Below are positions 1-7,873 of a stretch of DNA of 64,000 nucleotides, one piece after another. Each line of letters begins with the position of its first letter. Within the stretch, counting starts at the first letter, position 1. Under the pieces are notes generated by a model, which had not been told where the DNA came from, did not search any database, and saw nothing but the letters and a program-made list of their open reading frames with translations. Made by a program: the position numbers and the translations under genes. The stretch is from Lysobacterales bacterium (lineage in GTDB: Bacteria; Pseudomonadota; Gammaproteobacteria; Xanthomonadales; SZUA-38), in the NCBI GenBank assembly GCA_028285525.1, contig JANQOZ010000102.1:21888-85887 (forward strand), given 5' to 3'.

Positions 1-249
1 CACTCACTCGATCCACCGCGTAGATTCAACCGTTCCACGCAAAGGCCGCGGTTCAGCGGGTTGGAGCAGCACCATGGCAAGTGCTTCACAGTTAGGTCCT
101 CGAAACTTCGCGCGTTTGAACTGCTCAAACGTCCTCTAGAAAGACCGACCTGAACAGGCTATTTCCCAGGGCGATCGGACGAAGGCCGCCATCCACGATC
201 TGTGACGCGTTTCTCCGTTAATCTCTGGCCGATCTCATAGCCTGCGCTG

Positions 250-1662
250 ATGCGCTTATTTATCATCTTGACGGTCCTTCTCGGGCAATCCGCGGCGCTG
301 GGCCAGCCAGTTTTCAAAAATGGCTTTGAGCAGGCGGGCATTCTGCCCTTAAGCTCCACCTTTCTTGGCGGCTCGCAAAACGAACGAGTGCAGGGTGCGG
401 TTGTCCTTGCTGACGGCTCACTTCTGGTGGCCATGGATGCACCGGCTTTCGCGCCAGACGGTTTTGCTCCCCGGCTACTCGCCGGCAGTGCCGTGGACAG
501 CCCTACGTTGCTGCTCCTGCTGACCGAAGATGCCTCTCAGGTGCTGTCCGCCGCTAGGCTGCCAGGCACGGTAAACGATTTGGCACTGGATGGAAACGAC
601 ACGATCTACGCAGCCTGTCGCGAAGGCGGGTTGGTCGCGCTCAGCCCAGAACTTGACGAAGTCTTTTGGCAGGTTCCTGAGATGGACGCAGATCGCGTTT
701 CAGTTTCCACCACCGGTCGGGTTGCTGTACTCGACAATGCCCTCAACGATGCGGGGACGACCGCCGCAAGAGCCGGAACAGTCCACGTGTTCAGTCCTCA
801 GGGCGATCTTCTGGGCCAATGGCCCGGGCGCCACAAAACCTACGATCTGGCTATTAGCGCCGCTGGAGACCAGGTGGTAGTTACGGGTTTTCGGCAGACC
901 TCGGGGCCGTCCGGAAATCCGGTTCAGATCGCCTATCTCAGGGCGCTCAATTTTTCCGGCGCACTTCTTTGGAGCAACTACGACTGGACGGGGCAGCAGG
1001 TGGACGATCCCGCGGCAGGCGGCACCGGGCCCACCAACAACATGGCGGACACACGGGGTGTAAGAGTGTCGTTTGGTGCAGACGGCATGCTGTACGCAGC
1101 TTTCATGGCAGCGGGTGGGAACCACATTTTTCGCTATGCGCCGCGGGACCTTTTTTCACCAAGCCCCATCGTTGGGGGTGATGCGTTCCACGAGTTTTTC
1201 AATACTCGCTCCGAGCACAAGACGTTCCTGGCCCGGTTCGATCCAGCAAACGGAGACTACCTTGTCGGGCAGCAGCTCGTTAACCGGCTGTCCAACGGGC
1301 GCGGGAACACCATTACACTCGATCGGGGCGGCGACATTCAGGCTGACAGGTTCGGTCGGGTATACGTTTTTGCTAACGCGGCATCAGGGTCTCCAATCAC
1401 CTTGGAGCCATTGCCTTCCGGCAGCTATACGGGCGGAAGCGTCTTGCTTGTGTTAAGCAACGATTTCGCAGATCGAGAACTGGTGACGCGCTACACCCCG
1501 GACGCTGATGCCCGAACGCTCGCTTTGCGAGAATTTGGAGGCGCGACTCGAATAGTTGCGGGAGGAGGAAGCGATGATCAACTGTTCGGCCTGCGTTCGT
1601 TGCAACCTGACTTCGGTGGCGGAGACCGAGATGGGGCGTTGCTGCTGCTTGAGGGGCAATAA
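250..1662 (+). CDS. secreted hypothetical protein (beta-propeller-like)
   Basis: 470-aa ORF with an ATG start. N-terminus MRLFIILTVLLGQSAALG looks like a Sec signal peptide. The mature end begins PVFKNGFE, a motif shared with other secreted proteins in the window. No catalytic motif recognised. Confidence 0.65.
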   Translation: MRLFIILTVLLGQSAALGQPVFKNGFEQAGILPLSSTFLGGSQNERVQGAVVLADGSLLVAMDAPAFAPDGFAPRLLAGSAVDSPTLLLLLTEDASQVLSAARLPGTVNDLALDGNDTIYAACREGGLVALSPELDEVFWQVPEMDADRVSVSTTGRVAVLDNALNDAGTTAARAGTVHVFSPQGDLLGQWPGRHKTYDLAISAAGDQVVVTGFRQTSGPSGNPVQIAYLRALNFSGALLWSNYDWTGQQVDDPAAGGTGPTNNMADTRGVRVSFGADGMLYAAFMAAGGNHIFRYAPRDLFSPSPIVGGDAFHEFFNTRSEHKTFLARFDPANGDYLVGQQLVNRLSNGRGNTITLDRGGDIQADRFGRVYVFANAASGSPITLEPLPSGSYTGGSVLLVLSNDFADRELVTRYTPDADARTLALREFGGATRIVAGGGSDDQLFGLRSLQPDFGGGDRDGALLLLEGQ

Positions 1663-1909
1663 CGGTTCGCTGTAGATGTGGCCGTACTACGGGTTACACG
1701 TACGGCAACGCCGTTGTCCCAACAACGACGAGCAGGCCCAACTTCCTTAACGTCGTAGACATACTGACAGCTCTGCCAAAATCATGAGAAAATGACGTGG
1801 TTGAGGAGGCGGTATCCCAAACCGGTTGCAAGTTCGTCAGCGGGACGAAGCGAAAAGAGAACCGCTCAGAGGATTAGCCTGGCTCAACACCAAAGCTCTC
1901 TTTTTGAAA

Positions 1910-1985
1910 GCCGGCATAGCTCAGTTGGTAGAGCAACTGATTTGTAATCAGTAGGTCCCGGGTTCGACTCCTGGTGCCGGCACCA
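1910..1985 (+). tRNA. tRNA-Thr (anticodon UGU)
   Basis: 76-nt cloverleaf read by hand: acceptor GCCGGCA/TGCCGGC, D arm GCTC-AGTTGGTA-GAGC, anticodon arm ACTGA-TTTGTAA-TCAGT (anticodon TGT), variable AGGTC, T arm CCGGG-TTCGACT-CCTGG, encoded CCA. Confidence 0.93.
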
Positions 1986-2257
1986 ATAAAATCAGCAGCT
2001 TACGTAGTTTTCGGGCATTTTTCAGGACTAATATAACTCGCTTAAACGCTCTGAATACCGCCACAACTTCGTGAATTGGCCTACCGCGTCACAATAAGCG
2101 CGAGCCACTGATTTTATTCCGGCTTTGCTCATCAGATCTCATCAACGCTAGTTGCCCTTTCACGCCCCAAATTTTTGGGACCGCGACCAAGTGCCAAAAC
2201 AGGCAAACACTGCAATTGTAAGACCGACCCGGCACTTAGTCCTGGACCCTAAGATTC
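1986..2257 (+). repeat. conserved post-tRNA module, copy A (att arm-like)
   Basis: About 270 nt directly after the tRNA, alignable by eye with 5051-5288, 30413-30683 and 34586-34855. The shared core is AGCGCGAGCCACTGATTTT.TTCCGGCTTTGCT.ATCAGATCTC..CAACGCTAGTTGCCCT.TCACG, followed by a GGGACCGCGACCAAGTGCC...GGCACTTAGTCCTGGACCC inverted pair. Confidence 0.8.
2177..2249. repeat. REP2-type palindrome (copy a)
   Basis: Inverted arms GGGACCGCGACCAAGTGCC (2177-2195) and GGCACTTAGTCCTGGACCC (2231-2249). It abuts the stop codon of the 2258-2866 gene. Confidence 0.75.
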
Positions 2258-2866
2258 CTAGACATCGCGAAATCCGAACCCTGTAAGCCCCGCCCGCTTA
2301 ACCAAACCAAAGAACTCCGATGTAGCAAAATCGCGGTTTAATTCGTATTTCCAAGCCGGAAGGCGAAAAACATACTTCGACTTGACCTTGTCGAGGTCAT
2401 AGTCAGGAAATCTCGGGAGGCGAAACCTCCCGTCCCCCAAATAGCCTGGTTTGAGTTGATTACTCGGTACGTCGATAGGGTCCGAAATACAAGTAATCCA
2501 AAAAACAAAATACCGTCCCTCGCAGCCGCGGATGGTCGTTTCGACGAATGAAGCTTCAGCACCGAGCTCGGGCAAGAGAACATCGCGAGCCTTTTCCGAC
2601 ACTACACTAACGAACCCTTCGCAGAAAAAGAATGGGGTCTCACTTGAAAATACCATGTGACAATCGAGAAAGACCGAATCCTTGGTTCCCTTTTGCCATC
2701 TAAAAGCAAGATCGCCAAGCGCGACCGGAGTTGAGGTACGTGCCCACGGCTGCTGATTAGTTCGATCAACTGATATCGGATATTCGAGCTCGACTTCATC
2801 CAACTCCACGTCGCCGAAGAGCCTGATTTGCTCTCCGTCACCAGAGAATCTGTATAACTTTGTCAA
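2258..2866 (-). CDS. Imm11/DUF1629-like immunity protein (orphan)
   Basis: 202-aa ORF with a TTG start. The layout is typical of DUF1629/Imm11: ...VVSEKARDVLLPELGAEASFVE..., a central GRYFVFWITCISDPIDV, and a C-terminal KYVFRLP....ATSEFFGLVKRAGLTGFGF. Lower GC (about 47% in a sampled line) than the flanks. Family assignment is from memory of family signatures, not a search. Confidence 0.55.
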   Translation of the reverse strand: MTKLYRFSGDGEQIRLFGDVELDEVELEYPISVDRTNQQPWARTSTPVALGDLAFRWQKGTKDSVFLDCHMVFSSETPFFFCEGFVSVVSEKARDVLLPELGAEASFVETTIRGCEGRYFVFWITCISDPIDVPSNQLKPGYLGDGRFRLPRFPDYDLDKVKSKYVFRLPAWKYELNRDFATSEFFGLVKRAGLTGFGFRDV

Positions 2867-2868
2867 AG

Positions 2869-3060
2869 TTAAGGGCTCTTCTTAGGCGAAAGCAAGTCAA
2901 GTAAACCACTGGAACCGACGCGCATTTCTTCCTGAATGATGTTCATAACCCTACGGATTTCATCAGCACCACCTTTGGCGTCGGCTTGCCTAATCGATAC
3001 CGGGGTCGGCTCCTGCCCCGCAACATTCCGGGCACAAACGGGAACGAGACGGTATGAATT
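2869..3060 (-). pseudogene. possible toxin C-terminal stub upstream of the Imm11-like gene
   Basis: Open frame leaves the REP2 arm (translated ALGPGPKNS), runs about 60 codons (...GGADEIRRVMNIIQEEMRVGSSGLLDLLSPKKSP) and ends at a TAA 2 nt before the TTG start of 2258-2866. This is the same tight spacing as the Rhs/immunity junction. No family recognised. Confidence 0.3.
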
Positions 3061-3148
3061 CTTGGGGCCAGGACCAAGTGCCCGATACGGCCAAGCGCGC
3101 CTACGGCACACCGACTTGGTACTTGGTCCTTGCCCCTAGGGTTCTTGG
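3056..3148. repeat. REP2-type palindrome (copy b, best preserved)
   Basis: GAATTCTT-GGGGCCAGGACCAAGTGCC (3064-3082), a 35-nt loop, then GGTACTTGGTCCTTGCCCC (3118-3136)-TAGGGTTCTTGG. Confidence 0.8.
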
Positions 3149-3179
3149 ACTGACCTGGGAATTACGTTTCCGGATGCGA

Positions 3180-3752
3180 TCATGAGACCCACGGATCCTC
3201 TTCCCAAAACCGTGTTTTCAAACAAAAACCCCTGAGCCCGGATTCAACAACCCGATTTTTAAACCTCTCCGAAACATAAACTGTCGTGCTGCTGTCTGGA
3301 AGCACGAATGCATCCGCATCACCGATGATCCCGGTGTCAAAAACCCAGCTTTCAACATTAGCGAAAAGGTCAGGCGTGGATCCATATTTCTGGAGTGGGC
3401 CCTGTGACTTCTGTCGGTCAATGCAATCGAGCTGCGTCTTAACAACCACCATGAAAAATGAATCATCCGAGGCATCAGCAGTCACTAACGGATACAGAAT
3501 CGCATGCCGACTCCAAATATCTGAGAGAACCTCAGCAGCCTTGGCGCTAACTAGATTTACGAGTCGGGACATAGGAGCATCGGTATTGACCCTACGTGCC
3601 CCGCGGCAAACGACCTGAGGAGGGGTCCAATCCTCGAGATCTGGTAGCGGCTCACCAAGTAATGGATCATGCCAAAGCAGCCATCTATCGTCTGATTCGG
3701 TCGATCCCACAAAATCGACTGCGTCCTCTGGAGCTGACCATCTGTAGTACAT
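3180..3752 (-). CDS. Imm11/DUF1629-like immunity protein (orphan, second copy)
   Basis: 190-aa ORF with an ATG start. Same layout as 2258-2866: LVSAKAAEVLSDIWSRHAILYPL, DDSFFMVVVKTQLDCIDRQKS, DAFVLPDSSTTVYVSERFKNRVVESGLRGFCL. Confidence 0.5.
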   Translation of the reverse strand: MYYRWSAPEDAVDFVGSTESDDRWLLWHDPLLGEPLPDLEDWTPPQVVCRGARRVNTDAPMSRLVNLVSAKAAEVLSDIWSRHAILYPLVTADASDDSFFMVVVKTQLDCIDRQKSQGPLQKYGSTPDLFANVESWVFDTGIIGDADAFVLPDSSTTVYVSERFKNRVVESGLRGFCLKTRFWEEDPWVS

Positions 3753-4051
3753 CGCTCGCCCTACTGCGCTCGCCGGTTAAGAGGCGCAAGGTTGTTGTTT
3801 AGCATTATTAGGGCCAGTAACAACTGCCACATCCGGCCATGCGTGCCTATGGCAGATTGACCTCGTAGATCGTCCTGACCCCAAAGATTCATCATGCGCC
3901 GAATTGCCAAACGCTTTGGCGCGCATTACAGCACGGCCAGTTCCGCCCTCATGGCATGATTGTGGCAATGCAAGAATTCGCATCTTTGCGAATAGTGACC
4001 CCGAATGGAAAACTCATAATAGTCGTTATGGCATCGATACCGCGGTTCTCA

Positions 4052-4711
4052 TTACATGACTAACGAGGATGCACCGATACCTTTTAGGAACTTTTTGTGG
4101 GCTGTCTCCCGACATACCTGTTCCCGGATATCTTGCTCGAGTTTGGTTTTGAACTCATCCTGTGGACTTCCACTCAGCTTGTGGAAGTAGCTGTTTGCAC
4201 ACGAAAAATTACCGGCCACTACTTGGTATCCAATCATACCCATGAGCCGCAAGGGCGTCTCTTTCCGCGAAACAAAGTCACCAACGAGCTCGAAAGGCTC
4301 CGGTGGGTGGTCTATTTCGCCGAGTAGGTACCGATATACTTCGATCATATTAGTAGAAGCGGAAAAAGCACTTATCCAGTTTCGTAGATGGCCAAGAAAT
4401 GCATGATTACCATCATCCCTAGATCCAAACTTCCAAAGTGAAACTGTTCCTTTCCCAAATGTCGACCGGAGTGAACCATCTGCCATGAGCCGATGATACT
4501 CAAAAGGCGACATCAGAAATCCACTCTCGCCGGCATAGTAGTAGACGCCAAGCGACACTTGGTAACCACCGCTCTTTCTCCCGAAATAAAGCGCAGCATA
4601 TGCGGGGACGCGGGCAATCTGAGCTTGGTAGTAGTTTAGAGAGTCGCGACCAAAACCGATCTGAAAAAGCTCGTCTTCGAGCCGTTTTGGTGCTTTGCTT
4701 GCTTTCGCCAT
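4052..4711 (-). CDS. hypothetical protein (cassette gene)
   Basis: The ORF track gives 4052-4798, but the first 29 codons read through the REP2 arm (LALFPGTKNS). The first ATG (MAKASKAPK) is at 4711, giving 219 aa. No family recognised. Confidence 0.55.
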   Translation of the reverse strand: MAKASKAPKRLEDELFQIGFGRDSLNYYQAQIARVPAYAALYFGRKSGGYQVSLGVYYYAGESGFLMSPFEYHRLMADGSLRSTFGKGTVSLWKFGSRDDGNHAFLGHLRNWISAFSASTNMIEVYRYLLGEIDHPPEPFELVGDFVSRKETPLRLMGMIGYQVVAGNFSCANSYFHKLSGSPQDEFKTKLEQDIREQVCRETAHKKFLKGIGASSLVM

Positions 4712-4739
4712 CAGTCGGCAACGTGAACTGTCGTCATTA

Positions 4740-4822
4740 GAATTCTTGGTGCCAGGAAAGAGTGCCAGATCCGACCAAGCGCGCCAACAGCAGACCAACC
4801 TGTTGCTTGGTCCTGTCCCTGA
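4740..4822. repeat. REP2-type palindrome (copy c, degenerate)
   Basis: GAATTCTTGGTGCCAGGAAAGAGTGCC ... GCTTGGTCCTGTCCC; same architecture as 3056-3148 with mismatches. Confidence 0.6.
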
Positions 4823-4825
4823 ACC

Positions 4826-5003
4826 ACCCCGAATTCACCGTAGAGTTTTTGGTTTGAGCGCCGGAAGATGCTCTTTGGCCTAATATTCCTGAGGCTGGAG
4901 TGGGTGTTTCCAGGCCTTTCGATGAGTTTTGCCGAGTTATATTAGGCCTCAATACTCTATTAACCAATTGTTTTTATTATCTTTTATGGGTTTTTGCGGT
5001 TCG
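4826..5003 (+). repeat. conserved pre-tRNA' module, copy B (att arm-like)
   Basis: Alignable with 10771-10948 and, more loosely, with 30239-30365 and 34415-34538. Contains the 72-nt hairpin 4877-4948 and an AT-rich spacer. Confidence 0.8.
4877..4948 (+). repeat. 72-nt imperfect hairpin GGCCTAATAT...ATATTAGGCC (copy B)
   Basis: Perfect 10-bp outer stem GGCCTAATAT/ATATTAGGCC. Inner GGCTGGA...TCCAGGCC stem with a bulge. Conserved core GGTGTTTCCAGGCCTTTCG. Confidence 0.8.
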
Positions 5004-5050
5004 GATGTGTAATCAGTAGGTCCCGGGTTCGACTCCTGGTGCCGGCACCA
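5004..5050 (+). repeat. tRNA-Thr 3'-half direct repeat (copy B)
   Basis: 47 nt matching tRNA positions 30-76 with 1 mismatch (GATGTG vs GATTTG), including CCA. Confidence 0.9.
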
Positions 5051-5288
5051 ATAAAAGCAATGGGTTACGACATTTTCGGGCGTTTTTCACGCCTAATATA
5101 ACTCGCTGAAACCCTCTGAATTCCGCCACAAACTCGTTAATCGAGCTACTGAGTCAGAAAAAGCGCGAGCCACTGATTTTTTTCCGGCTTTGCTTATCAG
5201 ATCTCTTCAACGCTAGTTGCCCTCTCACGTCCCGAATTTTTGGGACCGGGACCAAGTTTCCAAAACAGGCAAGCGCGGCAACTGTACG
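5051..5288 (+). repeat. conserved post-tRNA module, copy B
   Basis: Same conserved core as 1986-2257. The right arm of its REP2 pair is missing. Confidence 0.75.
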
Positions 5289-5812
5289 TGAGCGATCAGC
5301 GAGCCACGCCTTGACCACGTCGCTGGTTATGCGTTCCCCCGCGGACGAACTAGGCAAAGCCGGCGGCAACAAAACCCGTTCCAGATCGCTCTCGCCCACA
5401 TTCCACGGCAACAGCGCGTCGATGTTTTTCCCCGCCCGAGGTAACTCGCTGAACACATAGATGAGCGGCGCAACGGTCAGCGGGAATGAGTCCGCCACGG
5501 CGGTGGTCGTCACTGGCGGCGTGTTCTCCGTCCTGCTCGATTTAGGCGGTAGGCTCCCTCCGGCATCGTCGATCCGAAGGCGGCCAACCATTTTGCTCAG
5601 GCCGAATACTTGGTAGGGCCAGCCGATTTGCTGGCTGCTGACGGGTTTGAGTAACCGGGGTGACCGACGTCTAAAACATCGCAGGTGGGGTGTGATAACG
5701 TCCGCACAGAAAATCTGGACAGCAGCGGCCAGCGATGCACCGGCATTTTCGGAGAAGCCATGCAACGCTGGACCATTCATAATGGCTGTCAGGCCACCAA
5801 AGGACGCGCGCT

Positions 5813-6643
5813 TTGGACCCACTGCAAAAACTGACCACTACCTTACTCGTCGTCACGATAAGTTTGCTGGCGTTCGTGGCCACCGGCCAGTCGATCTTTG
5901 CCGACGGTTTTGAGGCGCCGGACTTGCCTGACATTCCGATCACCTCGGAGCCCACCTCCGCGCGGCAGTCTGCATGGCCGCTAGGTTCAACCAACGCTCA
6001 GCAAGGGTATTATGAGTACCTTCCGCCGGGTTACTCCGCGGCGCAGCGCTATCCGCTACTGATCTTCATCCACGGGTTGGGTGAAAACGGCAACGGGGAT
6101 GAAGATCTCTCCCGCGTGCTTCGCAATGGCCCGCCCCGGCTGATTGATCGGGATCAGTGGGACGCCACCCTTCCGTTTGTGGTGTTGTCGCCCCAGCACG
6201 GCGGCGGCGGCTGCACATCAAGCGGTGAAATCGATGCGTTAATCAGCTTTGCACTTGACCAATACGCCATCAATCCCGATCGGGTTTACCTCACCGGATT
6301 AAGCTGCGGCGCTATCGGGAGCTGGAGCTACGCCGAAAGTTTTGTCAACGAGGCCATCGCCGCGATGGTGCCCATCGCGGGAAATGGCACCGGCGCATTT
6401 AACCGCGCCGGGTGCGCCCTGGGCGCGCTGCCTATCTGGGCATTCCACGGGGACGCCGATACGGTGGTGAACGTGTCCGGTACCATCACGCCGATCAACA
6501 ACCTGCTGGCCTGCGATCCGGCACCCCTCAACGTGATGATGACCATTTATCCCGGCGTGGCGCACAACTCCTGGAGCCGAACCTACGACGGCAGCGCTGG
6601 CCACGATATCTACGCCTGGATGCTGCAGTTCAGCCGCCCATAG
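5813..6643 (+). CDS. secreted alpha/beta-hydrolase esterase (PHB-depolymerase/CE1-like)
   Basis: 276-aa ORF with a TTG start. Signal peptide LLVVTISLLAFVATGQS, then SIFADGFE. YPLLIFIHGLGENGNG, nucleophile elbow G-L-S-C-G (GLSCGA), and FHGDADTVV. Confidence 0.7.
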   Translation: MDPLQKLTTTLLVVTISLLAFVATGQSIFADGFEAPDLPDIPITSEPTSARQSAWPLGSTNAQQGYYEYLPPGYSAAQRYPLLIFIHGLGENGNGDEDLSRVLRNGPPRLIDRDQWDATLPFVVLSPQHGGGGCTSSGEIDALISFALDQYAINPDRVYLTGLSCGAIGSWSYAESFVNEAIAAMVPIAGNGTGAFNRAGCALGALPIWAFHGDADTVVNVSGTITPINNLLACDPAPLNVMMTIYPGVAHNSWSRTYDGSAGHDIYAWMLQFSRP

Positions 6644-6853
6644 TTAACTGCAAGGCAGCGACAGCCCCGCAACTGCAACAATCGTCGGGTTTAGATTGGT
6701 GTGACGCGCCGCTCGAAATGCTGTGTGGGCCTTGCGAATGCAGGCCTTTTTAGCGCGACACTCAAGGTTTGAGGGGATCGCTAAGGAGTTCAGTTCCCTA
6801 TTTTGGTCGGACCGATTCGCGCCTCATTGAAATAGTAAAATCCGTAATGGGTT

Positions 6854-7543
6854 TTAGTCTGAATCCGGACCAAGCCAGCCAAACGCCTCAACAAACTTGG
6901 CTCGGGCGTTATCTTCGATAATCTGGTCATGCGCCAACACGATACGTTCCACTGGCCATGCGAGCATTTCTTCGATCGACCGCTTGAAGGCTGCTTGGCT
7001 CTTGACCATTAGTCTCATGGTTCGCGACATCGCAACCTTGTCATATACACCGAGCAGCTGTGCCACTATTTGGACCAAGCCGAAAGACCTCGGCGAAAAA
7101 GAAAATAGTAAATCCGTGGCGAATAAGGTTCTGGACTCCCGGTGAAACCAGACGGTCTCGTTGATCACCGGTAATCCCTCAATAAAGACTGCTTCTAAAT
7201 CGTTTGACCAGAGTTTGTGCGTAGCTGGATCAAGTTCATCGATGCCCATGAGTTCTGGAATCTTCTCAGCAAGGCCAGGAGCCAAGAAACCCCGAGCAGT
7301 TGGGAATTGATCGAGGAACTGCGAGAAAAACAAATGATGGGTCTTGTTCGGGGCAACGACGTATCGAACGGTACCAATCTCTGCCAGCTGTTCCCTGTTG
7401 GCTTCGCTAAGTGGGACAGGTGAGTGAACCCATATATCTCCGTTTGAAAGACGTATGTAGGTTGCTCGATTAGTGAGCCCCAATGGCCCAAAGCGGACCT
7501 CATGTAGCGAATGCCAAATCTGACCGCTCACAATCTGTTCCAT
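6854..7543 (-). CDS. DUF4336-like protein (metallo-beta-lactamase-fold family)
   Basis: The ORF track starts at 7624; the likely start is the ATG at 7543 (MEQIVSGQIW). Motifs RLSNGDIWVHSPVPL and VRYVVAPNKTHHLF match my recollection of DUF4336. Confidence 0.6.
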   Translation of the reverse strand: MEQIVSGQIWHSLHEVRFGPLGLTNRATYIRLSNGDIWVHSPVPLSEANREQLAEIGTVRYVVAPNKTHHLFFSQFLDQFPTARGFLAPGLAEKIPELMGIDELDPATHKLWSNDLEAVFIEGLPVINETVWFHRESRTLFATDLLFSFSPRSFGLVQIVAQLLGVYDKVAMSRTMRLMVKSQAAFKRSIEEMLAWPVERIVLAHDQIIEDNARAKFVEAFGWLGPDSD

Positions 7544-7873
7544 GGTTACCACCTTATTGCTTGAGCAGGCCGTTTTCCTACCGCCGGAGGTTAGAATGAG
7601 ATTGCTTGCGAGTTTTCCTGACAAACCCTAGGAAACCGGCCGAACGAGGCGTGCAAATATGGCCTTCAGTGCGTGTAGCGAAAATCCGATTCGCAGCATA
7701 CACAAACTCCCCGTTTGGCCAGAAGGTCTTCGATATCTCGATGGCTAAGATTGAATCGGTGTTAGAGTCAGACCGCGGAGCTGATGATTTCAGGCGGGAA
7801 CCGGTGTCGTTTGCGGATGCCGATCGCCGGCTGAGTTAACTTGGCAGTACCATCTTGAGCCTGCGGTGGCCAC

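Noticed and set aside
4877-4948. The hairpins as integron attC sites and the region as a chromosomal integron.
   Set aside because: The ends resemble the RYYYAAC/GTTRRRY cores. However, the window has no intI gene or attI, the cassettes are 3-19 kb and multi-gene in mixed orientation, and every hairpin is tied to a tRNA-derived core. That does not fit integron structure. I keep it only as an analogy.
5154-5822. 222-aa minus-strand ORF.
   Set aside because: Its C-terminal ~45 codons translate the conserved post-tRNA repeat; the same RSDK.SRKKISGSR string appears in a spurious ORF at 34641-34976. It overlaps the esterase start and has no motifs. It may be a remnant, but I cannot support it as a gene.
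7606-7839. 77-aa ORF whose tail (FGQKVFDISMAKIESVLESDRGADDFRREPVSF) vaguely resembles a transposase or mobile-element C-terminus.
   Set aside because: I could not tie it to a specific family from memory. There are no flanking inverted repeats. It is left unannotated.
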